Shown piece by piece: positions 28,445-36,886 of a DNA stretch of 64,000 nucleotides (position 1 is the stretch's first letter; each line of letters starts with the position of its first letter). Location of the stretch: assembly GCA_964621445.1 (NCBI GenBank), contig CAZUNO010000001.1, positions 72,496-136,495 on the forward strand. The letters run 5' to 3'. Under the pieces are notes generated by a model. That model was not told the origin of the DNA. It saw only the letters and a list, made by a program, of their open reading frames with translations, and searched no databases. Origin of the DNA: Candidatus Hadarchaeota archaeon (GTDB taxonomy: Archaea > CAYQAE01 > CAYVLA01). Both the position numbers and the translations under genes were made by a program.

Positions 28445-29668
28445 CTATTTTAACCCAAAATCCCTTCCCTCTCTGAAAGAGGATTCATACTTTCTGTCAG
28501 TGCAGAAAACCTTTGCCTGGTATGGTTTCATTCTGGTGACAATTTCACCTCGGGTTACCAAGACCTCTTCATCTCCATAAAGCAGTTCAAGCTTACAGCC
28601 ATCCAACAGATCCAGACCGCCAATCTGGACACCGCTGTGGAACATGTCTCGGTCGTTAACCAAAAGGATTAACCATTCATTACCCAGTCGATAACATCTA
28701 GCCGTCAATCCTATCCAGCTTGAAGATGTCGGGCGTTTTTGAGGTCGATCCATCAATTTCAATGATAAACCGGTAGCTGGTGACCGTTTCAAAAAGGGCT
28801 GAAGCGAGGACAACTCACTGATAAGGGTATAGAGAGACTGGCGGTACTGGGCAGATATTGCCGATCTGAGGTGATGTGTGCCCCAATAGAGTATTCCCGA
28901 GGCACCATGCGCCAGGGCATCGTAGGCCATAAATCGAGATTGTTGGAATGTGGGGTAGGTAATTTGTTCCTCGTCAAAGTCATCATTCCACTCTCCTCTG
29001 GCACAGCCCTGGAGTACCATCCAAACCGGCTTTCCTCTGCCTATGGCCTTCCACCTCTCTACGCTTGCACCAACTTCCGCGGGGGGTCTTTTGGGGACAG
29101 GGTAGCAGTCGCAACCGGTGATATCGATATAGTCCATATACATGCGGGAGAACTTGGCATCACTGCTTGCCGCCTCATTGAACCATATCTGATGGTTTTC
29201 CCTATCGTTTTCCCGGAGGAATTGAATGGATTTTCTTAGCTTGGGCATTATCTTTTGGCCCTGTTCTCTTGCGTATTCAAGGGCCCTCTGTCTCTGGTTC
29301 CACCAGTCAGACCTGTCGATACCAGCTTTCTTCTTAAGCTTGCTTGATGCGGTGAAACGCCAGACTATTTCATCAGGTCCCTCCCATACAGCGAGAGCAG
29401 GATGGTCCTTGACGGTTTCTATACTATTCCCTAGGTCACTACTCAGACCCTCATGGAGTGGGAGGGGAACCCAGCCTACGAGTCCGTATTTCTGGGCTCT
29501 ATCCAAATCGCCCGTGTCGTGACAGCGAATGAGATTAATGCCTGCCTTGGATATTTCCTTTAGATCCGAATCGGCTTCAGGTAGCTCGTATATACCGATG
29601 GGGAATTCACGCTTTTTCCCCCTGACGATGAAACCATCCCCGCCTGGTTTTGTCTTTTCCATTAACAT
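28445..29668 (-). CDS. Hypothetical glycoside-hydrolase-like TIM-barrel protein
   Basis: FPIGIY, AVWEGPDE, DITGCDCYP, KPVWMVLQG, AHGASGILYW pattern; no signal peptide. Confidence 0.6.
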   Translation of the reverse strand: MLMEKTKPGGDGFIVRGKKREFPIGIYELPEADSDLKEISKAGINLIRCHDTGDLDRAQKYGLVGWVPLPLHEGLSSDLGNSIETVKDHPALAVWEGPDEIVWRFTASSKLKKKAGIDRSDWWNQRQRALEYAREQGQKIMPKLRKSIQFLRENDRENHQIWFNEAASSDAKFSRMYMDYIDITGCDCYPVPKRPPAEVGASVERWKAIGRGKPVWMVLQGCARGEWNDDFDEEQITYPTFQQSRFMAYDALAHGASGILYWGTHHLRSAISAQYRQSLYTLISELSSLQPFLKRSPATGLSLKLMDRPQKRPTSSSWIGLTARCYRLGNEWLILLVNDRDMFHSGVQIGGLDLLDGCKLELLYGDEEVLVTRGEIVTRMKPYQAKVFCTDRKYESSFREGRDFGLK

Positions 29669-29815
29669 AATATCTCCCTAAATAATCTCCTGGAACTTCA
29701 ATCCTCCATTGGAATTTGAAGGGAGTAAATGTTCTCAAATAGGAGTTTATGACACTTGTGCCCTATATCCCTAATAATTTAATCGTGTCCCCTGAAAACA
29801 CTGATCTGAATCTGG

Positions 29816-31054
29816 ATGCCCCCCGGAAAACTCTTTATGTTCTTCATTTTATGCATCATTCTCTTTTTCGGAGCTGTAAACTGCCAAGAAAATACAGAGA
29901 GGATAAAGGTTCTAGCCCTATCCAAGGCTCAGGATATCCAGACATTGGCTTCTTGGTTCAAGATTGAGCCTTCCGTGGATTCGAAGATAGTTCCAACCCG
30001 GATATATGGGGACGTTACCAGGGAAGATATCAGGAGATATATGAGAATATACTATCCTCGTAATTACAAGGAGCTTTCGTCCTTTGAATTCTTCTACCTG
30101 GCTCAGACGGATATGAAATTCTTTACCCCGACCCAGGAAGCCTGGCTTTACAAAGCATTGAGTAACGGAAAAAGGGGTGGTGTAAACACCAGGTCAGTTA
30201 TGAGTAAAAATCAGCGGTTCAAGATTCCCTGGGCCCAAAGTACTGTATCCGAGGCCTTTCCAAATAACGCGGATGCAGTTGTAGCATCTGAGGGAGATAT
30301 CATGGGAGCACCCGGTCTCTTGGTGATCAAGAATGATCCTGAGCTTCCAGGTATCATGAAGCCCTTCAAGAAGGAGCTTGAGATTCTATTCCCGGTCTTA
30401 CACGAATTGAACACCGTCCCCAAGCCCGGATCGGTCATCTTGTCCTACACCCGGAATAACCAAGGTCTTGGACACCCAATACCAGGCCAGATGGCGCACG
30501 TATTCTACTGGAGGTGGAATGAGTCAGTTACCTTTACCTTTCAGGATACGCCACACCACGAATTTTGGAATCCGCGCCAGTCGAAACCCAATCCGTATGC
30601 AGTTGATATCACCGTCAATATAATCTGGTTCTCCACGGGCAGGAAACTGCCTGAAGACCCTCTGAAGGTCCATGCTTTCAGATCGGATGCATCCAGATTG
30701 AATGTGGAAAAGATGCTACTTGAAGGCATCCTTGATTTCGCTGAGAGCTTCGGCGCCGATTCCTCGGGGGTTTATGAAAAGATGGATCGGGTTGAGGATA
30801 TGGCCAAAGAGGCCAAGCAGTTTTACTTAAATAGGGATTTTGAGTTAGCCTATGAGATCATGGAGGAGGCCAAGGAAGAGATGAGGGTACTTCAGGAGGA
30901 TGCTGCAAAGCTCAAGGAGAATGCACTAACTTGGGTATACATGGTGGAGTGGCTGGTAACAACCGGTGCATTTCTCATTTCCGGTTTTGTTCTGTGGACC
31001 CTCATGGTGAGGAGATCCCTGTATAGAGAGATCGGGGAAACACGGTACCAATAG
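29816..31054 (+). CDS. Paralog 2 of the uncharacterised exported, C-terminally anchored family
   Basis: Signal peptide, RIKVL, RIYYPRNY, FAESFGA, coiled coil, ALTWVYMVEW, LWTLMVRRSLY. Confidence 0.85.
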   Translation: MPPGKLFMFFILCIILFFGAVNCQENTERIKVLALSKAQDIQTLASWFKIEPSVDSKIVPTRIYGDVTREDIRRYMRIYYPRNYKELSSFEFFYLAQTDMKFFTPTQEAWLYKALSNGKRGGVNTRSVMSKNQRFKIPWAQSTVSEAFPNNADAVVASEGDIMGAPGLLVIKNDPELPGIMKPFKKELEILFPVLHELNTVPKPGSVILSYTRNNQGLGHPIPGQMAHVFYWRWNESVTFTFQDTPHHEFWNPRQSKPNPYAVDITVNIIWFSTGRKLPEDPLKVHAFRSDASRLNVEKMLLEGILDFAESFGADSSGVYEKMDRVEDMAKEAKQFYLNRDFELAYEIMEEAKEEMRVLQEDAAKLKENALTWVYMVEWLVTTGAFLISGFVLWTLMVRRSLYREIGETRYQ

Positions 31055-31190
31055 TTGACAGTAATACGATTAACAGTCGCTAATGATATTCAATCAGCTG
31101 TTTTTCCAGAGGGAAAAATCACTCCAGGTATCCCGGGGGCTATGATATATTTTAAAATTTAAACAATATCCGAGAATTGGTTTTTGAGTT

Positions 31191-32309
31191 ATGGGTTATA
31201 GTGAATTGTTCGAATTTCCAGCTGTGAATAATCTGCCGACGGTGGAGAATCTACCGGATCCTTTCCTCATGCCTGATGGATCCAGGGTATCTGGGGAAGC
31301 GGATTGGGAGAATCAACGTAGATATATCACCGAAATGCTACTTCACTACCAGTATGGACATATGCCACCGTTTTCGGGCAAAATAAGGTCTGAAGAGATC
31401 TCTCGAAAGAAAATACTTGGTGGAAAGGCGGTCGAAGCCATCGAGGAGTTGAGAATTGGGCCCGATAATCCCCTGGTGGTGAGAATATCCTACGTTAAAC
31501 CAAAGGGCTCAGGTCCTTTTCCGGTGATAATCAAGAATGACAGGCAACTGGGGCAGGTCCCGGTCAGGAGTGAAATAGTTGATAGGGGTTACATGGTCGT
31601 TGAATACATACGCCACGACCTGGATGAGGATGATGGCGACAGGAGTGACGGAGTTCATCCATTATACCCGGATTATGATTGGGGCACTCTAGCAGCTTGG
31701 GCCTGGGGAGCCATGAGGGTTATTGATTACCTTGCACCCCTTGATTTTATTGATGAGGATAGGATTGTTTTTACCGGTCATTCCCGAGGTGGCAAGACTG
31801 CTCTGCTCGCTGGCGCGTTGGATGAGAGAATTGCTTTGACGGTGCCCAATGGTTCGGGGACTGGTGGCGCTGGGGGTTATCGAATACAGGGCGAAGGAGC
31901 GGAGAGCCTTGAAGATATAGTTGACCGATTTTCGTATTGGTTTCACCCGAGGCTCGGGCAATTTATTGGAAAAGAGGATAAATTGCCCTTTGATCAGCAC
32001 TTCCTCCGGGCTTTGGTTGCCCCTCGAGCTGTTTTATCGACGGACGCGCTTGGGGATAGCTGGGCGAATCCCTTGGGTACGCAGGAGGTTTTTCGGGCTT
32101 CACAGGTGGTTTTTGATTGGCTAGGTGTAGGTCAGAAAAATGCCCTTCACTTTCGAGAGGGGGGACATGAACATAGTTCAAAGGACTGGTATGCTCTTTT
32201 GGACTTCGCTGATTATTTGTTCCAGGGTAAAGATGAGGATCGTCCATCAGAATTCAATAGGCTTCCCTTTCCAGAAAGGTCATCATTTGATTGGTCAGCA
32301 CCTGAATGA
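31191..32309 (+). CDS. CE15 / 4-O-methyl-glucuronoyl methylesterase-like hydrolase
   Basis: LPDPF, WGTLAAWAWG, GHSRGGKTA, DERIAL, LPFDQH, LVAPR, WANPLG, GGHEH. Confidence 0.85.
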   Translation: MGYSELFEFPAVNNLPTVENLPDPFLMPDGSRVSGEADWENQRRYITEMLLHYQYGHMPPFSGKIRSEEISRKKILGGKAVEAIEELRIGPDNPLVVRISYVKPKGSGPFPVIIKNDRQLGQVPVRSEIVDRGYMVVEYIRHDLDEDDGDRSDGVHPLYPDYDWGTLAAWAWGAMRVIDYLAPLDFIDEDRIVFTGHSRGGKTALLAGALDERIALTVPNGSGTGGAGGYRIQGEGAESLEDIVDRFSYWFHPRLGQFIGKEDKLPFDQHFLRALVAPRAVLSTDALGDSWANPLGTQEVFRASQVVFDWLGVGQKNALHFREGGHEHSSKDWYALLDFADYLFQGKDEDRPSEFNRLPFPERSSFDWSAPE

Positions 32310-32405
32310 AATTGAGCGGGAATCTAAGTAACAAAGGATCTGGGGCCATACACCGTATAATGGAGGCCACAATCAGTTTTTTAATACTGGATTCCTTTAT
32401 GCCCT

Positions 32406-33572
32406 ATGGAATCCAGTGTCCTTAAGGAGCAAATTCTAAAAGAATTGTGGGAAACTCCCCTTTTTGATGTACATAGTCATTTTTGTAGTCAAGGTGATCG
32501 GGTTGATAATCTGGACGATTACATTCTAGGTTGGAGCCAACCTGAGGTCGAGCCCCCCACTACTTCTGAAGACCAGAAGCGAAGATGGTTTTCTTCGAGA
32601 TTTCGGTACAAGAGGTCTCTATGGTTTTGCCGTGCATTCTCCTCGGCAATCAAGGATCTATATGAAACAAAAGATGCCGAAGAAATCGCTCGGAGGATGA
32701 ACGAATTACGCCAAAAAGGGTTAATCGGTTCTATGAAGTGGATGAAAGAGAAGGCAAATGTGGAATTTCTGGTCATCGATTCAAATCCAGAACTGGCTCG
32801 AAAAGTTGATTGGGTTTTTTCCACCTACAGGCTGGATTTCAGTTTACTGGGTGGAGAGCAGTTCAATCTGGAGGAAGGTATGCGTGGTCTCGAGGAGAGA
32901 ATTACCGAACTCAAGAAAGAAGGGGCGATATCCTGTATTAAGGTTCCAATTGCATATGACCGATCACTATACATGGAAGAGGTAAGCAGGGAGGAAGCTG
33001 GGGTAATTTCCTCCGGTGATCCAAGAAAAAGATCGGAAGAGGAACGTAAGAAGCTTGAGAATTATATCTACCGTTATCTATTCAGAAAGGCCGGCTCTTG
33101 GAATATGCCCGTTGAGATACATACAGGATTTGGGTGGGCCATTCATAAGCGTCCTCTTAGGTTATCCGAGGCGGACCCGGAGAATCTCCTTCCCGTTTTC
33201 GAGGATCCCGATTTTGGAAGCACCAATTTCATACTCTTCCACGGGGGATATCCTTTTCTTAGCAAGACGGGATATTTGGCGGCTAGCTTCTCGAACGTAT
33301 TTCTGGATTTCACCTGTCTTTGTCCGGAAAGCAGAAACGTTTTGATACGTGGACTTCATGAGTGGTTGGATATCGTTCCCATGGACAGGATTGTTGCCGG
33401 AAGCGATGGCAGTTATGAGTGGCTGTATTTTGCAGCTAGATGCAATAGGGAGGCCCTAGCCTCCGTGTTGGCCGATAAGGTATCGGGTGGCTTCATGTCG
33501 ATGGATTTAGCACTCGAAATGGGTAGGAGAATACTTAGAGATAATGCATATACCTTGTTTGACTTGAAGTGA
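32406..33572 (+). CDS. Amidohydrolase family 2 protein
   Basis: DVHSH, VEIHTG, LFHGGYP, GSDG metal-binding motifs. Confidence 0.85.
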   Translation: MESSVLKEQILKELWETPLFDVHSHFCSQGDRVDNLDDYILGWSQPEVEPPTTSEDQKRRWFSSRFRYKRSLWFCRAFSSAIKDLYETKDAEEIARRMNELRQKGLIGSMKWMKEKANVEFLVIDSNPELARKVDWVFSTYRLDFSLLGGEQFNLEEGMRGLEERITELKKEGAISCIKVPIAYDRSLYMEEVSREEAGVISSGDPRKRSEEERKKLENYIYRYLFRKAGSWNMPVEIHTGFGWAIHKRPLRLSEADPENLLPVFEDPDFGSTNFILFHGGYPFLSKTGYLAASFSNVFLDFTCLCPESRNVLIRGLHEWLDIVPMDRIVAGSDGSYEWLYFAARCNREALASVLADKVSGGFMSMDLALEMGRRILRDNAYTLFDLK

Positions 33573-33595
33573 GCCAAGAGATTATTTTGCATGAA

Positions 33596-33967
33596 TTATT
33601 CCTGATCGAGATTGACGGACATGAAGACCAAGATTAGTTCGCCTTCCCCTGTGTTCTTTATGGAATGGGGTTGGTTTCTGGGTATGAAGACGTAAGACCC
33701 CTTGATGACGAAGTGGGTTCTATCGCCGAGGGTGACTTCGCCTTGGCCGCTTATGATGAAATAACCTTGTTCGCAATGGGAGTGTACGTTGGTTACCGAA
33801 TGACCACCTTCTTGGTAGCGGTGGATATCCAGAGAAAGCCTCCTGGTACCTTTTTTCGCTCCCAGGCATTCATGGGATAGTAGGTCCCTATGGGATCCCC
33901 CGGCCACTATTGGGTCAATATCCCGGTAGTCATTTATGTGAACGACGTCCTCCTCGTCCGGCCCCAT
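33596..33967 (-). CDS. Cupin-domain protein
   Basis: HSHCEQGYFIISGQG and FIPRNQPHSIKNTG. Confidence 0.88.
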   Translation of the reverse strand: MGPDEEDVVHINDYRDIDPIVAGGSHRDLLSHECLGAKKGTRRLSLDIHRYQEGGHSVTNVHSHCEQGYFIISGQGEVTLGDRTHFVIKGSYVFIPRNQPHSIKNTGEGELILVFMSVNLDQE

Positions 33968-34059
33968 GACGGGGTGGCTGAAATGCTCCTATAGAAATGC
34001 TACAAAATAGGAATATGAAAAAGGAACAATCTTATCAATTTTTCATGAAAAACGACAAC

Positions 34060-34099
34060 CTTATAAGTTTGTCTTGCTTTGTATTACAACACTTGTATT
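34060..34099 (+). promoter_or_regulatory. TATA box and palindromic operator upstream of the RHH gene
   Basis: CTTATAAG at 34060-34067; perfect palindrome TTGTA-T-TACAA at 34079-34089; second TTGTATT at 34093-34099. Confidence 0.5.
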
Positions 34100-34133
34100 T
34101 GGATACTTTTAGAATCCAAATGCTTAACGGTAG

Positions 34134-34328
34134 ATGATAATTATGGCCAAAACAATATGCCTTCGGATGGATGAGGAAACTATGGAGACCCTGGAGAAGG
34201 CTGCAGAGCATAGAAGGGAGAATATATCCGTATTCGTGAGGCGTGCAATTATGAGGGAGCTTGCTCGCCTCGGCTATATGAGCGAGGAAGAGACTAAGGC
34301 CATTCTTTGGTGGAAAGAGGGCCAGTGA
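34134..34328 (+). CDS. Ribbon-helix-helix (CopG-like) DNA-binding protein
   Basis: KTICLRMD beta strand followed by helices ETMETLEKAA and ISVFVRRAI. Confidence 0.8.
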   Translation: MIIMAKTICLRMDEETMETLEKAAEHRRENISVFVRRAIMRELARLGYMSEEETKAILWWKEGQ

Positions 34329-34426
34329 ATCCTGCTGCAACTTTTTTTGGGCAAATGAGCCTTTTTCCTCTAGGACATTGAAAGGTCTAATGTCGTGTTT
34401 AGTATCTCCTATAATAATGGGAAGCA

Positions 34427-34506
34427 TTTATAACAACGTTATACGGCATTAGACTTAGTTGAATGCTGTTAAACAGAATTCAACTCTTTCCGCCCGAAAC
34501 GGGTGG
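34427..34506 (+). promoter_or_regulatory. Hydrogenase operon promoter: TATA box, 29-bp palindrome and GC hairpin
   Basis: TTTATAA 34427-34433; AGTTGAATGCTGTT-A-AACAGAATTCAACT 34457-34485 (13 of 14 positions pair); CCGCCCG-AAA-CGGGTGG 34490-34506. Confidence 0.55.
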
Positions 34507-34603
34507 TCTGTGCTATTTCTCTAGGCAACCCATGACGTCTGGAGTTAGCAGTGGTGCAAGAAATACCAAAGGGATCATTTCCGGATAAGGAGAGGCAAAT
34601 CCG

Positions 34604-35173
34604 ATGCAGAAAGCCGTTCTAAAATCCCGTAACGTGCGAACATCAAGATCCTTTTCAGAGGGGGTAGGTCAGATTGGCGCGACCCTGGAGGAAGATCTTG
34701 AAGAAAAAATGCCCGGGGAGGAAGAGATCTTCACCATTAAGAAGATTCTGGATTCTCGAGACAAATCGAAATCATCATTGATGAAGGTCCTTCATGAAGT
34801 TCAGAGCAGGATGGGTTATATCGCTCCTTGGGCCCAGAAAATGATAGCTAGAGAGATGAAGATGTCCTTCAGTGAGGTCCACGGGGTTGTCAGCTTCTAC
34901 AATTTTTTCTCTCAGAGACCGAAGGGACGCCATACAATACAGCTTTGTCAGGGAACGGCTTGCTACGTAAGAGGTGGAAAACTCATCATGGATCAACTCC
35001 GTAGGGAGCTAGATGTGAAGCCGGGTGAAACGACCAAGAATGGGAGATTTTCATTGGAAGTTGTAAGATGCCTTGGCTGTTGTGGGTTGGCGCCAGTTAT
35101 GACCGTGGATGGGGACGTATACCGGAAGGTTAATCCCGAAAAGGTAAAGTCAATTCTGGAGGACTACGAGTAG
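34604..35173 (+). CDS. NuoE/HydC/HoxE-like [2Fe-2S] subunit (start may be 34709)
   Basis: VVSFYNFF, CQGTAC, CLGCCGLAP. Confidence 0.92.
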   Translation: MQKAVLKSRNVRTSRSFSEGVGQIGATLEEDLEEKMPGEEEIFTIKKILDSRDKSKSSLMKVLHEVQSRMGYIAPWAQKMIAREMKMSFSEVHGVVSFYNFFSQRPKGRHTIQLCQGTACYVRGGKLIMDQLRRELDVKPGETTKNGRFSLEVVRCLGCCGLAPVMTVDGDVYRKVNPEKVKSILEDYE

Positions 35174-35198
35174 GTCATCCAGATGAAGAGGTCGACGG

Positions 35199-36881
35199 AT
35201 GAACCCAAATGGTAGGGTTGACAGTTTAAGCGAGCTTGATAATCTCTCCGATAGATGTCGAAAGGAGATACAGAGGCGTGGACAAGTCCGTCAAGTATTA
35301 ATTCACATGGGAACCTGCGGCATCGCCTCGGGGTCAGAATCCGTCAAATCCTTTCTACACGGCCATTTTCAGGATCAGGAAGAGAGGATCGCACTTCTGG
35401 AAACGGGCTGTTACGGTGCCTGTCACCTGGAGCCCATGATAACGGTAATTGAAAGCGATGGAGCTAGAACCGTTTACGGTAATCTGAATCAGCAAAAGCT
35501 CGAGAGGATTTACAGCGATCACCTCCTAGGGGGTGACGTGGTCCTGGATCTTGTGGAGGATCTGAACCATCCGTTCTATCAGAAGCAGGTGAAAAGGGTC
35601 ACCGAGTTACTCGGTCTTATAGATCCGTGTAATATTCGCGATTATTTAGGTAGAGGCGGCTACTCCGGCCTGGCCAGAGCCCTGTCAATGGAACCGGGTG
35701 AGGTCATTCAAGAAATAAAGAATTCCGGATTGAGAGGCCGCGGGGGAGCGGGTTTCCCCACGGGTTTGAAGTGGTCTTTCGCGGCTCAAGCAAGCGGAGA
35801 TAGTAAATATGTAGTTTGTAACGCCGATGAGGGGGATCCCGGTGCATACATGGATCGGGCAATAATTGAAGGAAATCCGCATTTAGTGATTGAAGGACTG
35901 GCAATTGCTGCCCATTCCATTGGCGCAAACAAGGGATATGTGTACATAAGGGCGGAATATCCCTTAGCAGTTAGGATACTGGATAAGGCTATCGAACAAG
36001 CAAGGAGGGTAGGCCTGCTGGGACGGGATATCGCCGGGTCAGGATTCAACTTTGATATCGAGATATATCTGGGTGCAGGGGCTTTCGTGTGTGGTGAGGA
36101 AACCGCGCTTATAGCTTCAATTGAAGGAAAACGTGGTAACCCTAGGCCCAAACCTCCATATCCGGCAAATAATGGTCTATTTGGAAAACCAACGAACGTG
36201 AATAACGTAAAAACGCTGTCCAACGTCTCCCTGATATTGAGAAAGGGGGCTGACTGGTTTACTCAGGTCGGAACTGAGAAAAGTAAGGGCACCAAGATTT
36301 TCTCGATAACCGGGAAGATAAGAAGAACCGGATTAATCGAGGTGCCCCTTGGGATAACCCTGAAGGAAGTCATTTTCGAGATAGGAGGAGGTATCCCTGG
36401 AGATAGGGAGTTCAAGGCCGTCCAGCTTGGTGGTCCATCCGGAGGTTGTATACCGGCTAAATACGTAGAAACTCCCATAGACTATGTCGAAATAGAGGCC
36501 CTGGGGGCCATAATGGGCTCTGGCGGCATGATTGTCATGGACGAGGATTCTTGTATGCCGGATATTGCCAGGTTTTTCACAGAATTTACGCAACAGGAAT
36601 CATGCGGTAAGTGTACTCCATGTAGGGCTGGCATACCCCCAATGTTGAGGATACTAAAGGGGATCCTGGATGGGAAAGGTTCGATGGAGGATCTCGGGCA
36701 GCTTGAGTATCTCGGGGAGATGATAAAGGAATCTTCCCTTTGTGGTCTTGGACAGACTGCCCCCAATCCTGTTCTCAGTACCATACGCCATTTCAGACAG
36801 GAATATGTCGATCTGATAAGAAGCGGAAAACGGGTAGCAAGGCAGAGGACCGTCAGAGACGGTGAATGGGTTTTTGGTTGA
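35199..36881 (+). CDS. NuoF/HydB/HoxF-like FMN/NADH-binding subunit
   Basis: N-terminal thioredoxin-like Fe-S domain, GRGGAGFPTG, NADEGDPGAYMDR, CGEET, GGPSGG, ESCGKCTPC...LCGLG. Confidence 0.93.
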   Translation: MNPNGRVDSLSELDNLSDRCRKEIQRRGQVRQVLIHMGTCGIASGSESVKSFLHGHFQDQEERIALLETGCYGACHLEPMITVIESDGARTVYGNLNQQKLERIYSDHLLGGDVVLDLVEDLNHPFYQKQVKRVTELLGLIDPCNIRDYLGRGGYSGLARALSMEPGEVIQEIKNSGLRGRGGAGFPTGLKWSFAAQASGDSKYVVCNADEGDPGAYMDRAIIEGNPHLVIEGLAIAAHSIGANKGYVYIRAEYPLAVRILDKAIEQARRVGLLGRDIAGSGFNFDIEIYLGAGAFVCGEETALIASIEGKRGNPRPKPPYPANNGLFGKPTNVNNVKTLSNVSLILRKGADWFTQVGTEKSKGTKIFSITGKIRRTGLIEVPLGITLKEVIFEIGGGIPGDREFKAVQLGGPSGGCIPAKYVETPIDYVEIEALGAIMGSGGMIVMDEDSCMPDIARFFTEFTQQESCGKCTPCRAGIPPMLRILKGILDGKGSMEDLGQLEYLGEMIKESSLCGLGQTAPNPVLSTIRHFRQEYVDLIRSGKRVARQRTVRDGEWVFG

Positions 36882-36886
36882 TTACG

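Noticed and set aside
34134-34603. Type II toxin-antitoxin pair
   Set aside because: No toxin-like ORF adjoins the RHH gene.
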